Assembly (NCBI GenBank): GCA_905182185.1
Contig: CAJJAP010000004.1
Location: 72,178 to 136,177, forward strand
DNA: 64,000 nt
Reading direction: 5' to 3'
Origin: an uncultured Candidatus Poseidoniales archaeon
GTDB taxonomy: Archaea > Thermoplasmatota > Poseidoniia > Poseidoniales > Poseidoniaceae
Below, in pieces: positions 10,185 through 20,802 of this stretch; the stretch's first letter is position 1, and the number at the start of each line of letters is the position of its first letter. Position numbers and translations under genes: made by a program. Under the pieces are notes generated by a model, which saw only the letters and a program-made list of their open reading frames with translations, was not told the DNA's origin and ran no database searches.

Positions 10185-11992
10185 ATGTCCGACACAGATT
10201 ACAATTCATTAAAAGTGTCCGAGTTAAAGGAACTTTGCAAAACAAATGCACTCCCAGTATCTGGAACTAAGGCCCAATTGATTGAACGTCTATCGGCTAA
10301 TCAGACAACCAAATCCATTCCACCGCAATCGGTTACAGAAGCGATATTAGTTGATACCGATTCCGATGAAAATTACCTCGAGTTAGAAGAAAAGTCGGAG
10401 ATTTCAAGCAATTCTTCCACTTTGCAAAGAATGATAGCACCACTCTCTGGTCCACATAATCTCAAAATAATAGCGGCAATCGGTCTTTCTTTGCTGATGA
10501 TTTCAGCAGTTCTTATTATTCAACCTGCGTGGCTTGGATTTGAAGATGAACTTGAATTTGAATTGATTGAGTTTGATGCATCTATGGCTAGAGGCTATGC
10601 TCAGAGCCTCGTTGATCTCGGCCACCCAGATTGGGAAGGCAGAATGAGCGGCACTGATGAAGAAGCAGCCGCTGCACAATTTATTGAGCAGCATTTCAAA
10701 TCGCTTGGGATGACAACTACCCTCCATTCATATGAGGTCCAGATGCACCATGTAAATGCAGAACCATCTCTACAAGTTTGTACTCCAGGCAATCTCCCAA
10801 TTCCTCGTACCACCATGTTCGGCTCTCGATATTGGTAGTGTTGCATATACCTTTGAACATCGAATTGACTATGTGATTCAAGGATTCAGTGGAAGGAGCT
10901 TCATACAATTCGGTGATAATGCCCCAGTTGTTGATTTAGGAAATGGTTCTGAAGATTCTCTTTGGCAAGAAGCGAGTGGAGGTATTGGCTATGTTAGGGG
11001 TGGTGGCTCAATTACTGGTAATACAGCATTGATGAGTAAGGCTGCAGAAAATGACTTGGTGTCATTAATCAGAGTAAATAAGGATTATAATTGTGGAAAA
11101 GTAGAGGCAACTGATTGCGTACCAATTTTCAAGGGCACCTCTATAGAAGCAATTACAGAAGCAAACGGTGGTAGCATACCAAGCGAGTTATCATTCATTG
11201 CAATGTCTAAGGATGCTGGAGAAATATTAGAAGCTGCAGTAATCAATGGCTCAGGAACTATCTCGCTCGACATAGATGTCACTAATGACGGCACTAGAAC
11301 AATATACGTGCCTTGTGGAGAATTCAAAGGTAAATCTTCCGAAGTAGTAATCGCTGGAGCACATCACGATACAGTCTACAACGGGCCTGGTGCAATTGAT
11401 GACACTTCAGGTTCTGCTAGTATAATGGAGATGTCAAGACAAATTTCCAAAATCGTTAACGAATCCGGAACACCTGATAGAACAATACAGATTCTGCACA
11501 TGGGGTGGAGAAGAAGAAGGGCTTTACGGCAGTAGAGCCTATGTCAATGAAATGAAGGATGATTTGAAAAGAAATCTACGCCTATACATAAATTTGGATA
11601 TGAATCATGTAGATGCTGATTTTGCTAACCGTGGTAATTCATTGACATTGTTCACAAACAGTATGGACGATTATAGAAATGTTGAAAGCATCAAAAAAGA
11701 ATATATTTCCACATATCCGGATATTGCTAATAGATACGAAATTCGCATGTCTGCGCTATTAGGGGATAAGGGCGACAAAGATGGAATGCCGTACAATTCG
11801 GATCATGGACCATTTGTCTATGATTTAGGGAGTGGTGCAAACGGTAGAGCCGTCGTATGCTATGGTAGTGGAAGTTGGGAGTATCACACTTACAAAGACA
11901 ATATGGAACGTTTTAACGAAGAATCACTGGGTGTATCTGTTACAATTTATGGGACATATTTGAGTGCCTTAGCCTACAATATCGATTCTTGA
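10185..11992 (+). CDS. SAP domain + TM + M28 metallopeptidase (apparent +1 insertions near 10801 and 11488)
   Basis: N-terminal LKVSELKELCKTNALPVSGTKAQLIERL (SAP), TM helix, GRMSGT, GAHHDTV, AIDDTSG, restored RFCTWGGEEEGLYGS, INLDM, SDHGPF, YHTYKD. Confidence 0.85.
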
Positions 11993-12032
11993 TATTCAAA
12001 AGAGTTGAAGAATAGAATCTCATAGCCCTTTC

Positions 12033-12326
12033 ATGGTCGCACCTAATGCATGGGCAAGTCACATTTTGGTTGAATCTAAATCTGAAGCGGTACAGATTAT
12101 GGATAAAATTTCAAAGTTGAAAGATTTTCAAAAATTAGCAAGGAAAAAGAGTTCTTGTCCTTCTGCCCAAAAAGGTGGAGATTTGGGTTGGTTTCGCAAA
12201 GGAAATATGGTTAAGGAGTTTGAACTAGCGGTATGGGCTACTCCTTTGAAAACAGTCTCACCACCTGTAAAGACTCAATTCGGATACCATCTTATTTGGG
12301 TTCACGAAAGAGATTCTGAAGACTGA
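12033..12326 (+). CDS. ppiC: Parvulin-type peptidyl-prolyl isomerase
   Basis: ASHILV, SSCPS-KGGDLGWF-MVKEFE, TQFGYHLI. Confidence 0.93.
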   Translation: MVAPNAWASHILVESKSEAVQIMDKISKLKDFQKLARKKSSCPSAQKGGDLGWFRKGNMVKEFELAVWATPLKTVSPPVKTQFGYHLIWVHERDSED

Positions 12327-12698
12327 GTGATCACTATGACTATCACTGTTGCTTTAGAGAACTATACCGTTATGGCCAAGCATGGCTATTACGAATTCGA
12401 GCATGAGCAAAATCAACCTTTTAATTTCAGTGTATGGGCGACAATAATAGATCATAGCATTGCAGGTAAGTTAACAAATACTTTGAATTATGCAGATATA
12501 CAAATTGCAATTGATGCTGAAATTATTGATTCTAAACCGATTGGGTTAATGGAAACAATGAGTGAAAGAATAATCAAAAACCTTTCCACTAATGAAATGG
12601 TTTCCAAAATAAAAATTAGAATTGAGAAGCCACAAGCACCTCTACCTCACCCAGGCGGCTTAGCCGTCATTGAGATGCAATGGGTTCGCCCCCAATAA
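12327..12698 (+). CDS. folB: Dihydroneopterin aldolase (bacterial type)
   Basis: HGYYEFE, QPF, TLNYA, LMETM, IEKP. Confidence 0.8.
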   Translation: MITMTITVALENYTVMAKHGYYEFEHEQNQPFNFSVWATIIDHSIAGKLTNTLNYADIQIAIDAEIIDSKPIGLMETMSERIIKNLSTNEMVSKIKIRIEKPQAPLPHPGGLAVIEMQWVRPQ

Positions 12699-12771
12699 CC
12701 GGCTAGCAAATTGCAATTTGGTTACAAGTTTTTGCGTAAGTATTGAAGGGCTTCACATCGAGGGCGTTGTA

Positions 12772-13278
12772 ATGGCCGATACTCCGAGTCGCGTATTTGT
12801 TCCAACTGCAGTTGAGGCAGATGGTAAGGCCATTGGCATGGGTTGCTTTAGTTCAGAAGAGACTGCTTGGCTGGTATTACGTACTTTTCTAAAGAAAAGT
12901 GATCTTATGAATTTAAAATCTGCAAGCATAGTTATTTGGGAAATTGATATTGTTGGAGATGATGCAATGACCGTTCTATCTACAATTGAATGCAAAACTT
13001 GTCCTGTCTGTAAACGCAATACTTTTTGGTTAGATTTATCACAATTCAGCGCACTATGTCATGGGACGTCGTGCGCTGCGTGGGTTGAGGAAAGTACAGT
13101 GGAGCCGGGAATCATAGACTGTGGATGGCCTGCAATACAATTCTTAAAGCAAACAAGTTCAATAAAAGAGGCATTCAAAGAATTATACAAATTGGGCGAC
13201 CGCCTAACAGCTGCAGGTCAAGGTGAACAAATCGCTGGTACTGCTGAAGGAATGTTAGGAGAATTCCAAAATTCTTAG
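12772..13278 (+). CDS. Hypothetical protein with zinc-ribbon-like motif
   Basis: CPVC...CHGTSC; TTGAAG box 29 nt before ATG 12772. Confidence 0.6.
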   Translation: MADTPSRVFVPTAVEADGKAIGMGCFSSEETAWLVLRTFLKKSDLMNLKSASIVIWEIDIVGDDAMTVLSTIECKTCPVCKRNTFWLDLSQFSALCHGTSCAAWVEESTVEPGIIDCGWPAIQFLKQTSSIKEAFKELYKLGDRLTAAGQGEQIAGTAEGMLGEFQNS

Positions 13279-13281
13279 TTC

Positions 13282-13341
13282 TCAAATTAGTTGTAATACA
13301 ATTGATGCAATGAATGGTAGAGCGAATACAAGTATTTGCAT
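13282..13341 (-). CDS. Putative 19-aa hydrophobic peptide or relic duplicating the C-terminus of the upstream gene
   Basis: MQILVFALPFIASIVLQLI* versus upstream ...GIFALPFIASIVLQLV*, with mostly third-position differences. Confidence 0.5.
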   Translation of the reverse strand: MQILVFALPFIASIVLQLI

Positions 13342-13371
13342 TCTTGGTTATCTGTTGCTTTCGGCGAATTA

Positions 13372-13620
13372 TTAAACCAGTTGGAGAACGATTGAAGCGA
13401 TAAATGGTAAAGCGAATATACCAAAGAATACAAGCATTAAGACTCTAATTTGTTTCTGATTCTTCTCATTCTTCTCATTCTTAGTGAAACACTCTTCTTG
13501 CTTGCAAACCCTTGGTTCTGTTTTTGATGGAATTGCTTCTTGGCAAATCCTGCAATGCTTATGCGGCTGTACTCGGTTGCTATTGCGTGAATTTTTCGTA
13601 TTACTTGCTGATTCCGACAT
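13372..13620 (-). CDS. DUF2116-like Zn-ribbon protein with C-terminal TM helix
   Basis: PHKHCRICQEAIP...VCKQEEC followed by a hydrophobic tail. Confidence 0.75.
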   Translation of the reverse strand: MSESASNTKNSRNSNRVQPHKHCRICQEAIPSKTEPRVCKQEECFTKNEKNEKNQKQIRVLMLVFFGIFALPFIASIVLQLV

Positions 13621-13629
13621 TTTCTCACC

Positions 13630-14337
13630 TCATGAAGTTATTAGTGTACCATCGAATGGTTGCCCATCTAATGCTTGTTCTAATGTTGAAATTTGGCGCC
13701 CATCTAAGACCGCTAAATCAATACAGGAATCTTTTGCCCAACCAACTGCTATTGGGTCAATAACCGCTGAAGCACCGGGTGCAAGCGGCTCACCGATTCC
13801 GGTAATCTCCGCCAACTCATCTATTGTCAATTTGGTCAGTGATTGAGCATCATCAAATTCTCTAGGATCTTTATCATAGACATGACTCACATTAGTTGCG
13901 ATAATACAGGTCCTTGAACCTGCATCTCTAGCAAAGGCAACTGCTACTGCATCTGTTGTATGTCCCGGAGTTGTCCCACCCATTACCACAAAATTGTATT
14001 TTTCTAATAATTCGGCAGACTCAGAAGTTGTGTGTGGGATTGAAGGCGCCACATTACAGCCGATATCAAGCAAGATTTGTTGAATTACTGTTGCATTCAA
14101 TCTTGTTGCTGCAATGCCAACTCGGTCTAATTTATCAGATGCTGAAACACAAGTTTTTGCTAATTCAATAGCCTCTCTTGCCGGAAGACCTCCACCTATG
14201 ACTATGCCAACTCTTCGACCATTACCTTCCAAGTGGACTGCTAGTTGCCTTAGTTGACCGAACCATGCACTGCGTTGTTCGGATTCCTCCGGCCGCAACA
14301 GACTGCCTCCTAATGCAACGATGTGACGACTTGTCAT
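13630..14337 (-). CDS. pyrH: UMP kinase (archaeal type)
   Basis: LGGSL, VIGGG, DRVGIAATRLNA, MGGTTPGHTTDAVA, TNV-VYDKDP, IDP. Confidence 0.93.
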   Translation of the reverse strand: MTSRHIVALGGSLLRPEESEQRSAWFGQLRQLAVHLEGNGRRVGIVIGGGLPAREAIELAKTCVSASDKLDRVGIAATRLNATVIQQILLDIGCNVAPSIPHTTSESAELLEKYNFVVMGGTTPGHTTDAVAVAFARDAGSRTCIIATNVSHVYDKDPREFDDAQSLTKLTIDELAEITGIGEPLAPGASAVIDPIAVGWAKDSCIDLAVLDGRQISTLEQALDGQPFDGTLITS

Positions 14338-14540
14338 CGGCCTTCCCTCACAGCCCCTATTCTTTGAGCATATCCCTTGTGATTATTGACATAGAGCCAA
14401 TTATTAAGTTTCAATTAAATTCTATCCCAATGAATAGGAAATTTATCAAAGTAACTTGCTTGAGAACTTCAAAGTTAATTCAACAAAGGTGCGAGGGTTG
14501 AAAACCCCTCGTCTCTGCCACTAAATTAGAGGCGTAGACT

Positions 14541-15788
14541 GTGTCAGATGATGTTGAACTTGCTTCTCGCCGACTCCGTCTCAAGATGGCATTGGAAGAC
14601 CTTCGTGAAATGAAGGGTTTTGGCACTGAACTAGTCAGTATTATCATTCCACCAGACCGCCAAGTATCCGATGCTCGGCAACTACTTCAAAATGAACACG
14701 GCCAAGCTGCAAATATCAAATCTAAAGGTACTCGTAAAAATGTCCAAGGGGCAATTGATTCCGCACTTTCTTCACTTTCAAAAATAAAAAATGCTGGAGA
14801 AAATGGTATCGCCCTATTCGTTGGTTCAATCATCGTTGGAAATAATAGAAATCGTATGATCAATGTATTGGTTGAGAATCCACCTCAACCTCTTTTGTCA
14901 TTTCGCTATCGTTGTGATTCAACTTTTGAATTAACCCAACTTGAAGATATGCTTATCGACAGAAAGTCATATGGATTATTCGTTATTGATAGATCTGAAG
15001 CTGCATTTGGAATAGCCACCGGAAAAAGAATACATGTCCAAGAGCATTTAGTTTCCAATATCATGGGTAAGCACCGCCAAGGAGGTCAATCAGCACAACG
15101 TTTCGAGAGACTTATTGAAGAGGCTGCACACAAGTTCTTCAAGCGAGCCAGTGAGCATGCCTGTGATTACTGGCTACCAAATTTGGAAAACATCCAAGCA
15201 ATAATTGTCGGTGGACCAGGTGCTACAAAGGATTTCGTTGTCAAGAACGATTATTTCCATCACGAAATCGTTAAGATAATTGCTAAAACTACTTTTGATG
15301 TAGGATATTCCAACGAGAGTGGAATCCGTGAATTGGTCGGCAATGCTGGACAGATGATGGGAGAAATAGAACTTGACGCTGAGCGTAAAGTCATGGATGT
15401 ATTCCTTTCGGAATTGATTAAAACCCACCCAAAGGCAACATATGGCCAACAAATGGTTAAGCAAGCGCTTGACCAAGGTGCAGTTCAAAAATTACTTATT
15501 TCCGAAGCATTGCGAAAGAATACAATAACCCTGCAATGCGCCGGATGTAGACATCAATGGAAAATTACAATTGGCCGTATGGAAGCAATGCCAAATTGTC
15601 CTTCTTGTGATGTTTCTGGAGATAAAGCCAAGGAACTTGAAAATGTCTCCCTAATTGATGAACTGAGTGTAATGGCAGTCAAATCAAATACCGAACTTGT
15701 ATATATCTCGGTTGATACAGAGGAAGGGTCTCAACTAATGCAGGGATTTGGCGGTCTTGCAGCAATATTACGTTATCCGTGGGTGTGA
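14541..15788 (+). CDS. prf1: Peptide chain release factor aRF1
   Basis: NIKS, YRCD, GGQSAQRF, GFGGLAAILRY. Confidence 0.97.
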   Translation: MSDDVELASRRLRLKMALEDLREMKGFGTELVSIIIPPDRQVSDARQLLQNEHGQAANIKSKGTRKNVQGAIDSALSSLSKIKNAGENGIALFVGSIIVGNNRNRMINVLVENPPQPLLSFRYRCDSTFELTQLEDMLIDRKSYGLFVIDRSEAAFGIATGKRIHVQEHLVSNIMGKHRQGGQSAQRFERLIEEAAHKFFKRASEHACDYWLPNLENIQAIIVGGPGATKDFVVKNDYFHHEIVKIIAKTTFDVGYSNESGIRELVGNAGQMMGEIELDAERKVMDVFLSELIKTHPKATYGQQMVKQALDQGAVQKLLISEALRKNTITLQCAGCRHQWKITIGRMEAMPNCPSCDVSGDKAKELENVSLIDELSVMAVKSNTELVYISVDTEEGSQLMQGFGGLAAILRYPWV

Positions 15789-15798
15789 GGTGAATTGA

Positions 15799-17578
15799 TT
15801 GAAACTTCTACGAGATGAGATTGAACAACTGATTGGCCAGGCCCTTGTCAAGGCCGGTATTTCTGGTGATAATTGGCGCCAAATGTTAGCACCTAGCCGT
15901 GATACATCTCAAGGAGACCTTTCACTTCCATGTTTCCCTTTGGCAAAACAATTGTCAAGAAATCCGGTTGAATTGGCGCAAGCCATTGCTGACGAAATCT
16001 CTTCTAACCCAGCGATAGGTGAAGTTTCTGCAGTTGGTGGATATCTTAACATCAAAGCCAATATGAATTGGCTAGCAAAACAAGTCTTGACTGGTAAAGT
16101 TCGTATTGGTGATCCTTTGGGAACGATGAATAGTACGGGAAGAAAAGTCCTCATTGAACATACATCTGCAAACCCAAATGGACCATTTCACGTTGGTAGG
16201 GCAAGAAATGCAATACTCGGCGATTCCTTAGTTCGTCTTCATCGATTATTTGGAAACGAGGTCAGAGCAGAATATTATGTTGATGACATGGGTAAGCAAG
16301 TTGCAGTATTAGCATGGGCTCTTGCAAACCTTAGCAAGGAGGAAGTTGAGCAAACCCTAGTCCGGAAGAGACGGCGTCAATCCTCGTTGGTCGGGCAAGG
16401 CAGATCATGAAACAGTTCGCTGGTACCAAGCTGCACAAAAAATGCGTGAAGGTGAAAACGCACAAGCGATAGAGGATGAAATCGGAAGATTAGTTCATGC
16501 TAGCGAAAATGGTGACCAAGAGGTCCTAAATCGATTTGAAGCAGCCTACCAACCAGTTCTTGATGGAATGCTGATGACTCTTAGCAGATTAGGAATAGAT
16601 TTTGACACCTTCACTAAAGAATCCAAATTCGTCATCGATGGAGATGTAGCCAAATTGATGCAAAGACTCAGTGAAATGGAGATTTATGGTGAAGCGGAGA
16701 ATGGTGCAGGTTACCTTGATTTGGGACAACGTGGCCTAAAGGGTAAAACTGAATTCTTCTTTAGAAGAGGAGATGGTTCATCCCTCTATGCAACTAGAGA
16801 TATTGCATATCACATGTGGAAATGGCAACAGAGTGATGACTTGATAAATGTTCTAGGAGAAGATCATAAATTACAAGGCAAGCAAGTTGCAATGGCTCTT
16901 ACCGAACTGGGAGAAAGAGTCCCAGAGGTACTGTTCTATAGTTTTATTAAACTACCAGAAGGAAAGATGTCTACAAGAAAAGGAAACGTTGTTTTCATGG
17001 ATGATTTACTTGAAGAAGCACAAGCACAAGCCGCAACTATTGTCAGGGGACTGCGCCCTGATTATTCCGAATCAAAGGTGCTGGAAATTGCCGAGGCTGT
17101 AGGTGTTTCTGCTGTTCGTTTTAACATCATAAAAGTGAGCCCGGACAAAGGATTCACATTCCGTTGGGAAGAAGCACTTGCATTTGAAGCGGGCTCAGCA
17201 CCATTCATCATGTACAGCCACACTAGAGCACATTCTGTAATGCTACGCTGTATTGAAGCGGGTGCTGATGTTGATTCCATTATAGCATCTCAAATTGATT
17301 ATTCACAGCAAGAGATGCCTACTGGACTTATAGAACTTCTAAGAACGATAGCAAGACATAACGATATACTCGACAAAGCAGTGAATATGAGAAAACCACA
17401 TCTGTTTGCCGCTCAATTACTAGATTTAGCAAATGCTTACAATGGATTTTACAGAGATTGCCACATTCTAGTTGAAGGTGTTCCTAACCCATTTTATCTG
17501 CAGGTTTCAGAAGTAGCAAGAAACCTATTGAAAACAGGAATGCAAGGTGTAGGAATAATTCCGATTGAACAAATGTAA
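15799..17578 (+). CDS. argS: Arginyl-tRNA synthetase (apparent +1 insertion near 16360)
   Basis: EHTSANPNGPFHVGRARN, YYVDDMG, YATRDIAYH, KMSTRKG, YSHTRA, C-terminal EQM. Confidence 0.93.
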
Positions 17579-17579
17579 G

Positions 17580-18746
17580 TCATTCACGACGGTCCCAATC
17601 TCTTGTTTTCATATACTTCGGTTTAGCAATGTCAAGATCTCTTCGATACCATCCTTCTGGCAAACTTAGAGGGTCTATATCTCGGGCAGATTTCACTCTG
17701 CGAACAATTTCTAACCGCATAGCATCCATTCCAACGAATTCAGTTGCTGACATTGTCGGACGGCCTTGAGTGTCATAGAGCAGTGGCAATAGTGGGTCAC
17801 CTTCACTACCTTCATCTTGCCATAGCTTTTCTGCTGCAATAACTTCATCCCACATTTCTGGCTTTGGATTTAGTAAATCTGCTTTTGAAGATACAACCAA
17901 TAAATCAGTCTCAGGCAATAATCCCTTTACCTCTTCAAGAAGATTCAGTTGTTCTTCCATTGGAGTCCCACACTGCTCGCTTCCATCCAGCAAAAATAGA
18001 ACTAAAGAGCCAGTATTTTCTAATGCTGCTATCGCTTGCATTTCGATTGCGTTTCTCTTTATCATAGGCCTATCAAGCAAACCAGGCGTGTCAACTAATT
18101 GATGCTGAAGCCTTCTATGGAAGAAATGCCCAACATGTATTTGTTTAGTAGTAAATGGATAGTGATTTACTTCCATATTACCTGAACTCAATGCAGAAAT
18201 AAAGGCAGATTTACCGACATTCGGAGCACCACAGACCACAACACATGGCAACTCAGAATTAATTGTTGGTAATTTCTTGAGAGTCTCTCTAGCTTCACTT
18301 AGCCATAGTAACGATTTGCCTACTTGGCGCATAACAGAACTGATCCGACCATATGCTTCCTTTCTTGCATCATGCATCAATTCAGTCCTCGCAGTACGGA
18401 CAATTTTTTTGGAGTTCTGTCCAGAGATAGCAGTGATTCTTTTCGCAGCCCATTGTAGCATTGAAAGATGATGACGATAATCATCACACCCTACGCAGGC
18501 ATCTATCATTGCTACATCAAATTGAGGTGATTGGTCTAGGCTTGGCCAACATTCCACCATCTCAGTAAACTGACTATAGATTACATCTGCAGCGGTCTGA
18601 ACCATTCTGTTCATCTGTTTTCTTACACGAAAAACTTTGTCTGGATCATCGACTCTATCAGCTGCTTTTCGCGCTCTAGAGAAGGCTTTGTCGAGAACTT
18701 CGTCCTCCAAAAGAACTGTTGGTATTGTTCGCCATGAGACCTTCAA
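17580..18746 (-). CDS. NOG1-family GTP-binding protein
   Basis: GAPNVGKS, YPFTTK, DTPGLLDR-RNAIEMQAIAAL, SKAD. Confidence 0.92.
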   Translation of the reverse strand: MKVSWRTIPTVLLEDEVLDKAFSRARKAADRVDDPDKVFRVRKQMNRMVQTAADVIYSQFTEMVECWPSLDQSPQFDVAMIDACVGCDDYRHHLSMLQWAAKRITAISGQNSKKIVRTARTELMHDARKEAYGRISSVMRQVGKSLLWLSEARETLKKLPTINSELPCVVVCGAPNVGKSAFISALSSGNMEVNHYPFTTKQIHVGHFFHRRLQHQLVDTPGLLDRPMIKRNAIEMQAIAALENTGSLVLFLLDGSEQCGTPMEEQLNLLEEVKGLLPETDLLVVSSKADLLNPKPEMWDEVIAAEKLWQDEGSEGDPLLPLLYDTQGRPTMSATEFVGMDAMRLEIVRRVKSARDIDPLSLPEGWYRRDLDIAKPKYMKTRDWDRRE

Positions 18747-18919
18747 GCCTATTCCTCCATTCCATGCCGGTAGCCCATCCTTGATGAAGGCACTCCCCTA
18801 GATAAGCGACAATTATTGTACATCGAATGTTAAATCTAACATCTCAATGAACTTTTTGTCAAAGATATCCATTAAGATGGGTACGAGCGTTCAAGTAGCG
18901 TCGCCTAATCAACTACAAC

Positions 18920-19363
18920 ATGGCGAAGAAGAAGAACAGCGTTGAGTTACCAGAATGGGCGCAAACCTTGTGGGAAGAAATGGGCTCTCCAGATCTTGAA
19001 TCCAATGTTGGAATACACAATGGAAATCTGTTAGAAAGACGCCACGGCCTGCGCCGTGATGATTTGATAGAGATTCTAATGGATGCAAGAGCACTCGCTG
19101 AAGGGAACGATGGCTGGATTAAAGGTCGTTTGCTATCAAGCGGTAAGTCAAGCCTTGAGATACTAGCCGAGGATGGTAAGAATCACTATATCTCACGAGA
19201 TGTCATCGTTCAGGTTATTTTAGTGGCTCATACACGACCACCATATATTGACGATTCAGAATTACTCGCATTCGAAAGAGACGATATGAAGCGCCGTAGC
19301 AGTTTGCATGAAAAAGTAGAGAAGCAAAAAAGCGGCAACGATGACGCACACCTTTGGGGATGA
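18920..19363 (+). CDS. Hypothetical protein, possible Sm-like beta core
   Basis: Clean 147-aa ORF in an operon with a ferredoxin; the fold guess is inference only. Confidence 0.6.
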   Translation: MAKKKNSVELPEWAQTLWEEMGSPDLESNVGIHNGNLLERRHGLRRDDLIEILMDARALAEGNDGWIKGRLLSSGKSSLEILAEDGKNHYISRDVIVQVILVAHTRPPYIDDSELLAFERDDMKRRSSLHEKVEKQKSGNDDAHLWG

Positions 19364-19369
19364 GAATCA

Positions 19370-19693
19370 ATGCCCGAAGGGGATGTTGGTTATTCACGCC
19401 ACGTCTTTATCTGTGGCCATCAAAGACCAGAGGGCTCTGGCAGAGCAAATTGTTTTGACAGAGGAAGTATAGATTACATGCGATCTCTAAAGTTGGCAGC
19501 TATTAAAGCAGGCTTGGGAGACATAAGAGTACAGAAATCGGGTTGCTTAGATTATTGCGACCAAGGAACTACTTGTGTTATTTATCCAGAAGGTGTATGG
19601 TATACAATCAGTGATGAAAATGACCTACTACCAATCATTGAGCATCTCAAAACGGGAAAGATTGCTGAAAAGCAACTCCTAAAATTAGACTAA
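19370..19693 (+). CDS. Thioredoxin-like [2Fe-2S] ferredoxin
   Basis: HVFIC...C...KSGCLDYC-QG-VIYPEGVWY. Confidence 0.9.
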   Translation: MPEGDVGYSRHVFICGHQRPEGSGRANCFDRGSIDYMRSLKLAAIKAGLGDIRVQKSGCLDYCDQGTTCVIYPEGVWYTISDENDLLPIIEHLKTGKIAEKQLLKLD

Positions 19694-20104
19694 TCAAAGT
19701 TTAACTGGCCTTGTTGCACCACATGCTTGGCACTTTAGAAGAGTGGTTCTATCCTCTTTGACAAAGTGAGTATCAGGGGCTGAACATTGGCTACACTTGA
19801 TGTATGTATTTACATAATTAGCAATCGTTCGCTTGATCCTCTTTGGTGGAATCCTTCCCTTGAATCTAGCACGTGGTCCATCTCTTGAACCTGAAGTCCC
19901 TAACTCGTTTAGGATGAATTGGTATACGTGATTATCATCTCTATCCATCATAGAGACCAATTCATTGAAGTTTCTAAGGATTGTATTTGAACCTTCAATC
20001 ATTATCTGAGGGATTGGTAATTTCCAACGAGAACCTGAAGAAATCTCTTCTGGAATATTTTCTCTGGCTCGGTCGAGAAGAGTCTCATATTCGAAGTCGC
20101 CCAT
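19694..20104 (-). CDS. eif2b: Translation initiation factor aIF2 beta
   Basis: YETLLDRA, NF, ELGTSG, CSQCSAPDT...CQACGA. Confidence 0.93.
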   Translation of the reverse strand: MGDFEYETLLDRARENIPEEISSGSRWKLPIPQIMIEGSNTILRNFNELVSMMDRDDNHVYQFILNELGTSGSRDGPRARFKGRIPPKRIKRTIANYVNTYIKCSQCSAPDTHFVKEDRTTLLKCQACGATRPVKL

Positions 20105-20215
20105 GCCCCTTCCCTGTGCCGACCTTTCTTGAAGCCTTTGTAGGGCTAGAGGTCGCTTGCATGGAGGTCTTACAAGCAAAGGTTTGAATTGGGTGAGGCA
20201 ACCCCCTTTGGTTTG

Positions 20216-20797
20216 ATGGTATTAAGTATCGAAGAATTACGCACCCTCGCAACTAATCTGCGCCTTGAGGGATTAAACTCCCAACAGATTGCTGATGAAT
20301 TATCATTATCACAAGATACGATAGCCTGGCTTCTCACTGGAGAAAAAGAAAATCATCCAACTGATGTAAGAATCGGCTGGAGAACCATTGGTGTCAAACC
20401 TGGCCGTATTGCAGCGATTGGTGCAATAATGGGCGATGTTGTTGATGAAGAAATGGGACTCGGAGAAACTGATACTGTCGTAGGAATTTCAATCAATGGA
20501 ATTGCATTTGGTCACGAAGTAGCTCGTATGATCGATTCGGAAATGACTGTCTATAGGACCACTGATAGTGGAAATGGAAAAGGTTCTCTTTCCAATAAAT
20601 ATGGCCAAGTTGCTGGTAAGAAAGTTGTTATTATTGACGATGTACTTTCATCCGGAGTCACCATGACACGCACCATAAAGGCAATACGCGAGTCAGGTGG
20701 AGAGGTCGGACTCGTAGTGGTATTGGTAAACAAAACCACCCGTAACGAAATTGACGGCGTCCCCCTACGTGGAATCATTAGAGCTGTTGCAGTCTGA
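20216..20797 (+). CDS. gfcR: HTH + phosphoribosyltransferase-like protein (GfcR/PyrE-like)
   Basis: GLNSQQIADELSLS-TIAWLL, DVRIGWRTIG, VVIIDDVLSSG. Confidence 0.8.
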   Translation: MVLSIEELRTLATNLRLEGLNSQQIADELSLSQDTIAWLLTGEKENHPTDVRIGWRTIGVKPGRIAAIGAIMGDVVDEEMGLGETDTVVGISINGIAFGHEVARMIDSEMTVYRTTDSGNGKGSLSNKYGQVAGKKVVIIDDVLSSGVTMTRTIKAIRESGGEVGLVVVLVNKTTRNEIDGVPLRGIIRAVAV

Positions 20798-20802
20798 GGT
20801 GA

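Noticed and set aside
15799..17578. Programmed frameshift or pseudogene in argS and the other split genes
   Set aside because: These are lone insertions without slippery sites or other decay, so sequencing error is more likely.
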